A stretch of 33,955 bases of DNA, taken from the NCBI GenBank assembly GCA_001724245.1, contig MEDX01000094.1:1-33955 (forward strand), read 5' to 3'. The position numbers and the translations under genes were made by a program. Source of the stretch: Fonticula-like sp. SCN 57-25 (lineage: Eukaryota). Of this stretch, positions 9,628 through 20,023 are shown one piece after another. Numbering within the stretch: position 1 is the stretch's first letter; each line of letters starts with the position of its first letter. The notes below the pieces were generated by a model. It was not told where the DNA came from, ran no database searches, and was given only the letters and a program-made list of their open reading frames with translations.

Positions 9628-11012
9628 CTACTGGTCGTCGTCGTGGCCGTGCTCAAAAAGGTAGTTTGCGGCGAGCTCCTCGTTCTTGTCGCAGATGAGG
9701 TACGCCTCGAGGACGCGGTTGCGGTCAAAGCCGAGGCCCATGAGACGCTCGATGACGGCGCGCTCCTCGGGCGTGACGGTGATGACCATCTGCTGGTCGT
9801 CGACGCCCTCCTGGAGCAACCGCAAAAAGTCGTTCGGGTGCTGGTTGATGAGCTGGAAGAGCGGCGGGTTCGACACGCTAATCTCCTGAAGGAGCGGCTG
9901 CATCAGCTGCGGGTTCTGGAGAACAACGCTGCGGAGCTGCTGGAACTGCGGCTGCGTGCGGAGGAAATCAAGCGGGCCAGAGCCCGAGGTGTCGCCGCCA
10001 ACCGGCGCATCAAAGGCGTTCGGCATCGCGCCGGGCGAAAGAGGGTCTGCGACACTGTTAACATTGTTGCCGCACAGTAAACATGATAAAACGCACCCTC
10101 GGCAACAAGGCCCTGCTGGGCGTGCACGGGCGACGGCGACATCTGAGCATCGGCGACTGTCGTGCTCAACACATCCTCGGGGATCCCCTGAAAACGAAGA
10201 GGGTCAGTACAGCCATAGTGGCCCCGCAGCGCGTACGTTGAAAAGGTACTCGACGGCGCGGTCAACATTGTTAAAGGCAGCGCGGAGGGCAAGCTCAACC
10301 TGGCTCGCCTCAAAGCCCATGTCCATCAGCTGCGTCACGGCGGCCTGGTGCGCGGGATCCGGGGCTGTGTCGCAAACGAAAAATCACGCACACGCGTCAG
10401 TTGACCACTATAGCGGCCAGTTAAACAGACATACCGGCAACGGGAGTCGTCACGTCGGCGGCGGCGGCGGGGGCTGGTACGGCGGCAGGGCGGGCCGGGC
10501 TAACATGTCCGAATTAATAAACAAGGGGCGCGAGGAAGCGAGAGCCTGCATACGTCGAAGGAGCAGCAGCGGCGGGGGCGGCGGCCGGCGCGGCGGCGGC
10601 GGGAGCAGGGGCCAGCTCGGCGGGGGTCGGCGCAGGCGCGGGGGCAGCAGCGGGGGCGGCGGGGGCCTTTCGCGCAGCGTCAGCATCGGGGATCGACCCG
10701 TTCCCACGGCGCGTACCCGCGAAAGCATGAACACGATAAAGTCCTTCTCGCCGAAATTGAGCTGCTCGACCGTGCTGTCGTCAGAAAGAACGCGGCCCTG
10801 GAAAATAAGCTTTTGAAGCGTCGCGGCACCCATGTTGTGCTCTGTCTCTAGCCGGCTCTTGAGGGAGCCAATCTGCAATCGCGGCATGAGGAACGAGGAA
10901 AAAACGGATACGATTTTATAAAAAAAGGATCTGCAGAACGCACAGTCGCCGAGGGCTCCGCCTCGAGAGAAACCTTGTTATTTTGCAACGTCTTGAATGT
11001 AAGCAGCACCAT
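9628..11012 (-). CDS. RAD23: UV excision repair / proteasome shuttle RAD23 (UBL-UBA-XPC binding-UBA); 7 exons
   Basis: UBL: MVLLTFKTLQ...QKLIFQGRVL. UBA1: LMDMGF...ALRAAFNNVDRAVEYL. XPC-binding: LDFLRTQPQFQQLR. UBA2: ERLMGLGF...AYLICDKNEELAANYL. Introns at 10943-10873, 10716-10667, 10553-10500, 10434-10365, 10236-10188, 10096-10047. Confidence 0.96.
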
Positions 11013-11241
11013 TCTCGCTCGACGTGGTGAGGCGGAGCAGCAGTTGAAACAATGCTTTTTAGTGCTGGCGTCAGCGTGGTACTAGTCCAAGTTTGCAGTT
11101 TGCATGATCACAGCGATGTGCGCAATTTCGTGTCAGCAAATGGGGTTCATTGTCAATTTGGCGGTATATACACGCATGATGCATACAAAAGGCACATAGC
11201 TTACGAAATATAATACATGCTACAACTACAGTACACGTCGG

Positions 11242-12849
11242 CTACAGCGTGTTTCGAAATATGTGGACGCAGCCGCGCGATGGCCACGCCACAGCGCCCA
11301 TTGGCCTCGAACGGTGCAGTGCGACGATCATGTCGAGCGTGCCGAGCAGGTCGTCCTCGCTCTCCCCGTGTGCGCGCCCCGCCGCATGGAGGCGCTGCAG
11401 GACGGCGCCCGTGGACGACTGAAAGATGTCGACGACGCCGTCGGCGCGCACGGCCCACGTGAGCGGTCCGTTGGAGTCGGCCGCGACATACCGCGCCTGC
11501 TTGTCGTCCTGCAGGCTGACCAGCACGCTACCGCCAGCCTCGCGCATGACCCGCACGGACGCTGCGTCAGACGCGTCCGTACCGACGACGACGACGGCGG
11601 ACGGCGCGAGGCCGTCGCCCGCCCAGAGCAGCCGCACGAGCGCCGGCGCGCCCGTCTTGAGCGAGGCCAGCAGCGAGCGCCGCTCCGCGTCCCACAAAAG
11701 GACAACGCCTTCTGCATACAGCGCAATCACGCGCGACGAGTCGCCCACAGTGCAGAGCGCAAGCGCCGGCGGGAGCGCGCACGCGGCCGGAAGCGGGAGA
11801 ACGCCGGCTGAGGTTGAGGCGCCGTCGCTGGCAAACACGACGACCGTGGGTGAATCGAGCGCCGCCACGGCCGCCACGACGCCACGCGGGCACGCCACCG
11901 CGCGCAAAGGGAGCGCGGGCAACTCATCATCGTCGTCGTCCGCCTCGACCGGGCGCGTCGGAGCCGCGTCGCGCCACTCGAGCGGCCGCGCGCGAGCTTC
12001 CGCATTGGCAAGCTGGTCAAACAGGAACGCCACCGTGCAGCCATCGGCGTCGCGCACAGAGGCGACGATGGTCGCGTCGGCCTCGCCGAATGCAATTTCG
12101 CAGAGCGGCAGCGGCGCACGCAGCTCGCTCACCATCCGGCCGTCGGTCGTGTCAAACAGCGCGACGGACAGGTCGGCGCGAACGACGGCGACGCGTTCGG
12201 CCGTCCTGCCAAACAGGACGCGGCGGATCCCCGCGCCGCACGAGAGGCAGAGCCTTGCAGGGCCACTGCCCGTCCACAGCGACGGCGCAGGTACCACGCT
12301 GAGGGCCGGCTCACCCTCCGTGTCGTAAAGCGGAGGCGGCGAGCAGAGCGTCTCGTCGTCCGGGGGAAGGGGCGCGGGCGAGAGAGACACCGCCGCCAAT
12401 TTCGGATCCGCCGGCGGACGATCCCATGGGACAACAATTTGGCGCCGCGCAGAGGACGGCGAAGGCGCAACAGCCTGCGTCGCGACGGTCGAGGGCGTCG
12501 GGGTGCCGGCCAGGATGAGGTGCGGCTCACGGCGAGGCGTCTGGAAAAGAGAGGGCGACAAAAGATCTTCCGCAGTGACGCGCTGCGCACCGATATGCCG
12601 CGTGGGCGTCTCCGGGTCAAGAATCGGCATGCCGCCGTGGTCAGGCACGTCGTCATCGTCATCGTCGTCCTCATCCTCATCTAGGTTGCGGGCGTCCTGC
12701 GCCACTACGGCAGGGGCCGGAGGGTCGTCGGGTTTCGAGAAAGCGCCACTAAGAACGGGCAACTGATAATCGGGGAGCAAAACATGCAGCCTGTCGGCGA
12801 GCTGTTGAAGCAGGGCCAACCGAGAGGCCCCGGAAACGTCGAGCGCCAT
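11242..12849 (-). CDS. Uncharacterised protein of about 535 aa: disordered acidic/Pro-rich N-half and probable WD40-like beta-propeller C-half (possibly PALB2-like)
   Basis: Long GC3-rich ORF from ATG 12849. Repeated blade-like segments: DLSVALFDTTDG, EGVVLLWDAERR, DGVVDIFQSSTG, RGCVHIF. Confidence 0.7.
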   Translation of the reverse strand: MALDVSGASRLALLQQLADRLHVLLPDYQLPVLSGAFSKPDDPPAPAVVAQDARNLDEDEDDDDDDDVPDHGGMPILDPETPTRHIGAQRVTAEDLLSPSLFQTPRREPHLILAGTPTPSTVATQAVAPSPSSARRQIVVPWDRPPADPKLAAVSLSPAPLPPDDETLCSPPPLYDTEGEPALSVVPAPSLWTGSGPARLCLSCGAGIRRVLFGRTAERVAVVRADLSVALFDTTDGRMVSELRAPLPLCEIAFGEADATIVASVRDADGCTVAFLFDQLANAEARARPLEWRDAAPTRPVEADDDDDELPALPLRAVACPRGVVAAVAALDSPTVVVFASDGASTSAGVLPLPAACALPPALALCTVGDSSRVIALYAEGVVLLWDAERRSLLASLKTGAPALVRLLWAGDGLAPSAVVVVGTDASDAASVRVMREAGGSVLVSLQDDKQARYVAADSNGPLTWAVRADGVVDIFQSSTGAVLQRLHAAGRAHGESEDDLLGTLDMIVALHRSRPMGAVAWPSRGCVHIFRNTL

Positions 12850-12921
12850 GATGGCGGACAGACAATGGGTGGACACGGCCAATTTGAAATTGGCGGGCTT
12901 TCGAGACAATCCAAAAAGAGC

Positions 12922-12927
12922 AAAAAA
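12922..12927 (-). terminator. RNA polymerase III terminator (T6) of tRNA-Lys
   Basis: TTTTTT on the minus strand begins 5 nt after the tRNA 3' end; a second T5 run lies at 12913-12917. Confidence 0.8.
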
Positions 12928-12931
12928 GAAG

Positions 12932-13004
12932 CGCCCACCGTGGGGCTCGAACCCACGACCCCGAGATTAAGAGTCTCGTGCTCTACCGACTGAGCTAGGC
13001 GGGC
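12932..13004 (-). tRNA. tRNA-Lys (anticodon CTT), intronless, 73 nt
   Basis: Sequence GCCCGCCTAGCTCAGTCGGTAGAGCACGAGACT-CTT-AATCTCGGGGTCGTGGGTTCGAGCCCCACGGTGGGCG. Acceptor stem GCCCGCC/GGTGGGC; canonical D-arm and GTTCGA T-loop. Confidence 0.98.
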
Positions 13005-13063
13005 CAATTAGTGTTGGACACTGACCATTTTACCGTTTTATTAGTGAAGAAATATCGCGGGCA

Positions 13064-13443
13064 ATGTTGACGCGGTCTATGCGGAGGATGGCAACCGCGG
13101 TCACAGAAATGAACGTGGTGCAGCACCCAGAGCGTGGCCTCTTTATCTGGAAGACGGAGAAAGGTACTTTTTGAAGTTGCTGATCGCCTGTCATATTGAA
13201 CTTTTTTGTGCAGGCGAGGCGTTTACCGAGTATACCCGCACCCCTGACGGCGGCATGAATATCCTGCACCTCGAGGTGCCGCCGGCGATGCGCGGCAAGG
13301 GCGTCGGAGGCGCATTCGCCACGCGGGTCCTTGACATGGCGATGGAGACGGGAAAGCCCATCACCATTTCGTGTTCGTTTGTGCGCAAGGTTGCGTCCGA
13401 GACAGAGAGGTTCAAGTCGCTCGTGCAGCCCCCGCGCCTTTAG
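13064..13443 (+). CDS. Small GNAT-family acetyltransferase (NATD1/YjdJ-like); exons 13064-13163, 13214-13443
   Basis: Family signature ILHLEVPPAMRGKGVG...GKPITISCSFV. The 50-nt intron 13164-13213 joins it to the upstream exon MLTRSMRRMAT...PERGLFIWKTEKG. Confidence 0.85.
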
Positions 13444-13533
13444 TTCATCGCAGTGTGGCGGTGGTCTGCCCAAAGCGGATATAATCATGTACATTATTTG
13501 ACAGCTTAACAACGAAATAGGCACAAAGAATAC

Positions 13534-14979
13534 TCACTCTACCGTGAGCGAGGACATATAGTGGATGTACCGTGACGGCAAGTGGTCGCTGATCATGTGG
13601 GACGAAATGATGAGCTCGGTGAACGTTTCCGCGTTGATCTGGAGCAGCGAATCGTCGCGCGCGCCCTCAATTGGCGGCGCGTCATTGTGGCAGTCCACCC
13701 AAAGCACTCGCCCTGGCGGGTACAGCTTGGACGCGGTCATCCCCCCGCGCAGCGTCGACATGAGCTTGACGCACGCCACTTCGTTGGGTGCCCCGTCCGC
13801 GCCAAAGAACGCGGCCGGGTCGGCGCTCGTCGTCGCAATATAATTGGAGGCAAAACAGAGGTCCTGCATCGTACCCAGGCCGAGGCGGCTGACGATATCG
13901 TGGCCGACGACCACGGTGGTCACGATGTCGCTGAGAGACTCGGCCGCCCGGAGCGACAGCACGCAGGGCGTCCCAAAGCCGACGCTGCGCACGGTCGGGA
14001 AGCGGTCGCGCATGAGCATGGCCGAGAGTGCAGCGACGCCGGCCCCGAGGCTGTGGCCGGTAAAGACGAGGGAGTAGGAGGGGAACACCCGCGAGCAGTG
14101 CTCCAGCGTCCCTTCAATCAGACGCACTACATTGGCGGCGCTCAAGAGCATCCCCTCGTGCGCCAATTCATCCGCTACATCACCAAAAAGAGTCAGAAAG
14201 GAAAAAGCAACAAAGCTACCGCACATTCCGTGTCGAGGGCAACCGACGTGCACATTAGGTCGGTCAAAATGTCCTGCGTCTCCAACGTTCCGCGAATAGA
14301 CACGACGATCTCTTTCCTACTGTGTTCCAAGAAAACATACATGGCTTGCTCATTGATGTTTTTCTACTTGGCGTCAATAAAAAAACACAATAACTGCGGT
14401 TCCGCGCACGTCGGTATGGGTAAACAGCACGTCCTGCAGCGGGATCTCGGAAAAGTCGCAGAACGCGTTCATTTCCGTCTTGAAGAAACTGCCAACGTCG
14501 CCATACACAAGCGGGTTAGAAAGACCGCGCCCATATGCGGCTATTGAATAGCGACAGTATCTGCTCAGCGAATCGCGCTCCGCCTCCGCTGCTACGCGAG
14601 CGCCCAATCCAGGAAAAGCGGTGACTTGAAGGCGGCCAAAGAGATTCACCGCGGCGAAAAATTGCGGAAAAGGGCAGGCAAGCTCATTCAATTTCTGTAC
14701 TTCGGCCGCCAACACCCTGAAAAGTGCCCCAGTGGCTAGGGTGCAGAGCGGTCAGGGCAGGTGCACAGGGATGCGGATCGTACCGTTGACGTGACGGATG
14801 TGCGAGTCAACCTTGTCGGCGATCGCCTGGGTCAAGGCAGAAAAACTTATGGAAACTAAAAGATATGAGTAAGCTCGCCACAAAAGCTCCCCAAACGCAC
14901 TGGTTGTGCCAAAGTCCATGGCCGAAGACGGAGGCGTTTCTGTCGGCTCATCCCCGACCTTTGACTCGGCCGACCCCAT
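13534..14979 (-). CDS. Class 3 lipase (diacylglycerol-lipase-like catalytic domain), predicted N-myristoylated
   Basis: Motifs YSIAAYG, IVVSIRGT...DILTDL, AHEGM, nucleophile elbow TGHSLGAG, DIVSRL, LYPPG and SDHLP. Introns at 14783-14736, 14409-14364 and 14224-14175, plus a probable in-frame intron at 14900-14856. Starts MGSAESK. Confidence 0.9.
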
Positions 14980-15177
14980 CACAACTTGTTTCCCGCCAAA
15001 ATTTGATTGGTCATTGTTTGGCATGCAGCGCGTTCTTTGGTATTTCGCTGTTCATCGCGCTATTCATAGTCTATATTGCCCACGCTACAGTCTGGAAACA
15101 CCCACATACATGCTATGCAATCTAATAATATGAATGCAACACACACACACACGCGCCGTCTCGCGCACACCACCGCG

Positions 15178-15777
15178 TCAGTAGTTTATGTGGCCGGCCG
15201 CGAGTCGCTCCTGGCACCTCATCTGGTAGTCGCGAAGGTACGTGTCCATCTCGCGCTCGTATCTTTGGCGGTCAATTTGCACGAGTCTCTCGTATGGCGA
15301 TCTTTCCTCGGGGCTCATCTCCGCCCACATGTTGCCGAGCAGTCTCCCGACATCGGCAAACATGATTCCCGGGTTCTCGCGCAGCACGCTCGGCCGCCTC
15401 TCCGCGGCAAACATCACAAACGCGGTCGTCGCGCGCTTGGGCAGCGCAGGGTCGCGCTTGCGCCTGCGGGCGGGCAGTGCGATCGCCTCGCCGTTGCCGA
15501 CCACCTTGCCCGTCCTGCTGCGCCGCTTGGTCAGGTCGGCAGCATCCATCGTCGGCGTGTCAGGCGACGTCGCGGTCGCCGCGGCAGTCGCCAGAAACCC
15601 AAGCGCGTTCCATTCCTGAGAGCTCACCTCGATCGGCGGCGTGGTGTCGCCGGTGAGGGCGTCGGGCGACGCGGACGTTGGCGATGCGTCGACCGCCAGG
15701 GGCAGCCGCCCGCCATCTGTACTCGTCGCGCTCACGAGATGCTCACCTGTCTGAAGAGGTGGTAGCGCGATCGTCAT
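15178..15777 (-). CDS. Single HMG-box protein (NHP6/HMGB-like box)
   Basis: RKRDPALPKRATTAFVMFAAERRPSVLRENPGIMFADVGRLLGNMWAEMSPEERSPYERLVQIDRQRYEREM. Confidence 0.9.
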   Translation of the reverse strand: MTIALPPLQTGEHLVSATSTDGGRLPLAVDASPTSASPDALTGDTTPPIEVSSQEWNALGFLATAAATATSPDTPTMDAADLTKRRSRTGKVVGNGEAIALPARRRKRDPALPKRATTAFVMFAAERRPSVLRENPGIMFADVGRLLGNMWAEMSPEERSPYERLVQIDRQRYEREMDTYLRDYQMRCQERLAAGHINY

Positions 15778-16168
15778 GCCAATTCGTCCAAAGCAGTTTC
15801 AGTTGAGGTAAGAAGCGATAATCAGCGCACAGGATCCTACTCGACGCGCGAATCGTGCGGTGCGGCAAGTGTCAACAAAAGGACGATGCCAGAGGTCAGG
15901 CACCGATTGTGGTGACCGCAACCTTGAGGGGTGCCTAGGGCCCCTACGCCATCTTGCGTGGCAACCATTCCTACGCTGTAAACCGACAGGCCAGGAACCG
16001 GTGGACCCCGTCGGACAGTTTCCTGGGCGGCGGCGCGCCACCAGTGTAGGAGGTAGGTAGGAGGTGGGTGGCGACAGGCAGGGTCGCCTCGTTGTCACGG
16101 ATCCAAGTGTCATATCAATAAAGGACCAGTTTTCTCCGTCTGATCTCAATCGACATCTCGATCCCGCC

Positions 16169-18857
16169 ATGAACGCCCTGACGACGGCCCTGACAAAGAC
16201 GCCCTTGGACGTGCGGCAGTCCGGCTTCAAGTATCTAGAGCCCGAGGCGGGGCATGGGGGGAAAGTGAGTGGAAAGAAGAATGTAAGCAAGAGCACGTCG
16301 GCGCACGCTGCGCGAGGCCTTTTGTCGGCGAGATCGGGCGTTCAACGGATGCCCATCATTAAATCGCGCGAGGCCGAGGTGACAAAGTACATGCCAAAGA
16401 CGACGTCGGAGCAGCAGTTGCATGATATTACAAAATGGGCCAAACCGACGGTTGAAGGCGAGGGGCGGCGCCAGAGTAAATGCAGTATCGCGCTCGTATT
16501 ATTTTTTACCAACCTTGCACTCGTCGTGTTTTGCATCGCTGCGCTCGTCAGCACTGGCCTGCAGGGCGGCACAGAGTACGCGCGCCCGACGGTTGGTGGT
16601 ATGCTGGCTAATGCAGACCGATTTTCAGCACCACCATAACCGTGATCCGCATGCTGGCCAACAATTCCATGACCGAGGCCGTTGAGCGGATAAACTTTTC
16701 TCTCAATTCTGCCGAGGACGTTATCGATACTGTCATCGCGTCAAAGCAGCTTTCAACGTCCAATTTTTCCACTGTAGACGACGGGCTCGGTCACACATTA
16801 CTAAGCTCACTGGTGAGCTCTTTCGGATATATATCGTGCCTTCACCTCACCTCGAGCAGCGGCCTCGTCGGTATTGGAGTTGCCGACCCCATCGATGAAC
16901 CCGACGATGGCGTCGAGGCGGCCTCTGGCTACCTCGTGTACGACTCGCTAGCGTCGACCAATGTTGTTTCCGTGACTCCAATGAATGACTGCCCGTCGCT
17001 GGACGCCGCATGCCCGCTTGTGTCGTCCTCGGCGGCGCCCCTGCGCACCTTGGTGTTTGACCAGACGCTGTCGCCTTGGTATAATGCGTCGGTCAACGCG
17101 TCGGGCATCATCTGGACCGACTTTACCCTGTTCATCGGTCAGCGGACTGTCGGCCTGACGGCGGCGCGCGCGTTCCGCGACTTTACCCCGGCGCGCTCGT
17201 TGCGGGGCGTGAGCGGCGCGGACATTGCGCTGCAGTCCCTCGGCGATGTTCTGCGGAGGAACGTGCTTGGGTTGGAGGCGAGGGCGGTCGAGCCGTCACA
17301 GACCTTTTTGCTGCTCGTGGACTCTGAGGGCTACTTTCTCGGCTCCTCCAAGGCGGGCGTCGTGTCGCAAAAGACGGCGTCGCAGGGCTGCACGCCGTCG
17401 TGCGCCAGCTCGCTCGGCGTGCGGTTATGCTGCATGTACTTGGCGACGGAGCACCCCGACGACGACATCCGCGGGTTTGCCAGGCTCATGGTGGGCACCG
17501 ACAACACGCTCTGGCTTTACGCGGACGAGTTTTTCTACCTCGGCGGCGCCAACATCATCCAGCTGCGGGCGTTCACGCTCGGCTCGTTCCGCTGGGTGCT
17601 CGTCGGCTCCGTGGACGGCTCGGACATTCTGGACCAGATGACGCGCAGCTTCCAGGTGATCATCCCGATTATCAGTGTGCTTCTCATCGTCATTGCCGTG
17701 CTCGTTTTCCTGCTCGTCAACCGGCTCGTGGCGCACCCGATCTCGCTCATGACAGAGGAGCTGCTCGACGTTGCAAATCTCAACTTTACAGCCAAGAAAT
17801 CCAGCCAAACGTCGCGCAAGCTGATTGAGCTGCGCGAAATCGAGGCAATTCGCCACGGTACGCCTCTTTTTATTTTTTGTTTTCCTCTTTTTTTCGTATC
17901 TAATGCTTCATCCCACAGACTTGTCCGACCTTCGGATGGGTCTGCTGTCGTTCAATCACTATGTCCCCCGCGACATTGTCGACCTTTTGCTGCACGAGAA
18001 GCGCGAGGCGGTGCTGGGCCTCGACGAGACCGAAGTGACGATCATGTTTAGCGAGCTGCGCAATTTCTCCGACGTCTGCGAGGGCATAGACCCCGAGAGT
18101 GTCGTGGCGCACCTGTCCGACTACCTCGACGAGATGATGCGCGCCGTGCAGGACACCTCTGGCCTCGTCGACAAATTCATTGGTGACATTGTTATGGCCT
18201 TTTGGAACGCGCCCAAGCGCTGCGCGAACCATCGCGGGTCTGCGCTGCGCACGGCGCTCGAGTGCCAGGACCGCCTCGTGAAGCTGCAGCGCCGCTGGCG
18301 CGGGTCGCCGTTTGCAGCGGTAAAGGCGGCCTCGTCGGTGCATTCGGGTGTGTGCCTCGTAGGTAACCTCGGGTCGCCCGACCGCCTCAGCTTTACGTGC
18401 ATCGGCGACAGCGTCAACCTGACGTCGCGCCTCAACGGCCTCAATAAGGTGTTTGGCACCGCCGTCATCACGTCGGGGCAGGTGCGCGACACGGTGCGCG
18501 ACCAGTTTGTCACGCGGCCGCTCGACCTCGTCGCAGTCAAGGGAAAGTCACAGGTGCGCACATATTCTGATGCTTCACGGTCGCTAACGCTCGTCGCAGC
18601 CGGTCGTCGTGTGCGAGGTGCTCGGCGATGTCGAGACGTGCCCCAGCCACCAAGTAGAGTTTGCCGGTCTGTGCGAGCGCGCGTTCGATGCGTTTACCGC
18701 GCGGGACTTTGAGACGGCCGTGTCGCTCTTTGAGCAGCTGGAGGGCATCAGGCCGGGCGATGTGTCCATTTGCCAGCTGCTGCATACGGCGAGGGATTGC
18801 GTCGTGACGCCGCCGCCGCCCGATTGGAACGGCGTCAGAAAAATGACAGTCAAGTAA
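16169..18857 (+). CDS. Receptor-type class III adenylyl cyclase: TM, extracellular Cache-like sensor, TM, HAMP-like linker, cyclase domain; 4 exons
   Basis: Two hydrophobic TM segments. Cache-like motifs SPWY...WTDF...GLTAA...GVSGADI. Cyclase motifs VTIMFSELRNFS, VDKFIGDIVMAFWNAP and FTCIGDSVNLTSRL; C-terminal PPPDWNGV. Introns at 16576-16628, 17858-17918, 18554-18599. Start codon uncertain (16169 or a later ATG). Confidence 0.88.
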
Positions 18858-19028
18858 GATATTCTTGCCAGTCATGTATTGCGATTTTTTCCACCATATA
18901 TTGTATTACTAGTCAATTTTGTGCATATAAATGAGATGAATATATGTTATTGTCTACAGCGGGCGCCTAGGGAATTCGTGTTTCATTGCATGGCCATATA
19001 TTACAGTCAAATGTACAGTATTAAAGAG

Positions 19029-20023
19029 TTAGAAACGCTGGAGTCGCTTGAGGCGCTGCAAACACGTGAACGACTTTGGCTCGCTGCTTGCCGACACTGC
19101 GCCCTCTTCAGCGTCCGTGGCGCCGTCCTTTTTAAAGAAAGACGTGATGGACTGTACCTGCGGGTCGGCCTCTGCCTGGTCCTGCTGCTGCTGCTCGAAC
19201 CACTCGACGTCGACGCCCTTCTTTTGCAGCAGCGTGGTGCACGTTGACCAGCTAAAGCGGATGAGGCGCGGGAACCCAAACACGCGGTCAATGTTTTCGG
19301 CGAGCCACGCGACGGTGGCCGGGTCGCTCGGGTACCCGGACCCGAACGCGCGGCTGGGCTCGGCGGCCATCTTCTCGGCGAACGCCCAGCGGCGCAGGAC
19401 GTCGTCGCGCGTCACCTTGGCGCAGATACTCGCCGCAGAGACGACGGGGTAGAGCGAGTCGGCCTTTTTCGCGACAACGATCTTGCCGATGGCCGGGAAC
19501 CGCTGCTGAAGCTTCTCCTGGTACTTTTTGGGATCGCCGACCGTGTCAACATACACTTCCTGCACATTGACACCGCGGTTCAGCGCGTCGGCGACAAGAG
19601 CAATTGCCGTGTCGTGCGACATCGCGTTAAGGTTGTAGTTGACGCGGCCAAGCATCCACCGCGAAATGTCCTGCGGCATCAGAACCTTGACCGTATACCC
19701 AACAAAGTCACTGTTGTCCTTGACCTTGTCAAAGAGCCCATCGCGTTCCTCCTCGGTAAGCTTTTTCGAGTCTATGGCGGCAAGTATAAGCAAGATCATT
19801 CGCAGGGTACGGTCGGCATCGTACCGTCAAAGCCAATGCTCTTAATGTCGGGCAGGCGGGACACCGGGCTGTAGCAGATGCCGTACACCATCGGGCCGAG
19901 GACCGGCCCGCGCCCAGCCTCGTCAATGCCCAGCATGCATGGTTCCTTGAACACGGGCGTCGCAGCGTCGTGGCTTCCAAGAACGTAGGACTCGGCCCAG
20001 CTCGACGTCCCAAATGGCGCCAT
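19029..20023 (-). CDS. RNASEH2A: Ribonuclease H2 catalytic subunit A; exons 20023-19825, 19771-19029
   Basis: Motifs [53 protein letters not shown] and FGSGYPSDP; 53-nt intron at 19824-19772. Confidence 0.97.

Noticed and set aside
12705-13007. 100-aa ORF beginning [22 protein letters not shown]
   Set aside because: This is the translation of the tRNA-Lys gene, not a protein.
19130-19160. PIP-box-like VQSITSFF at the RNASEH2A C-terminus
   Set aside because: A similar motif is present in other RNase H2A proteins as I recall, so it is not novel; the Gln spacing is also non-canonical.
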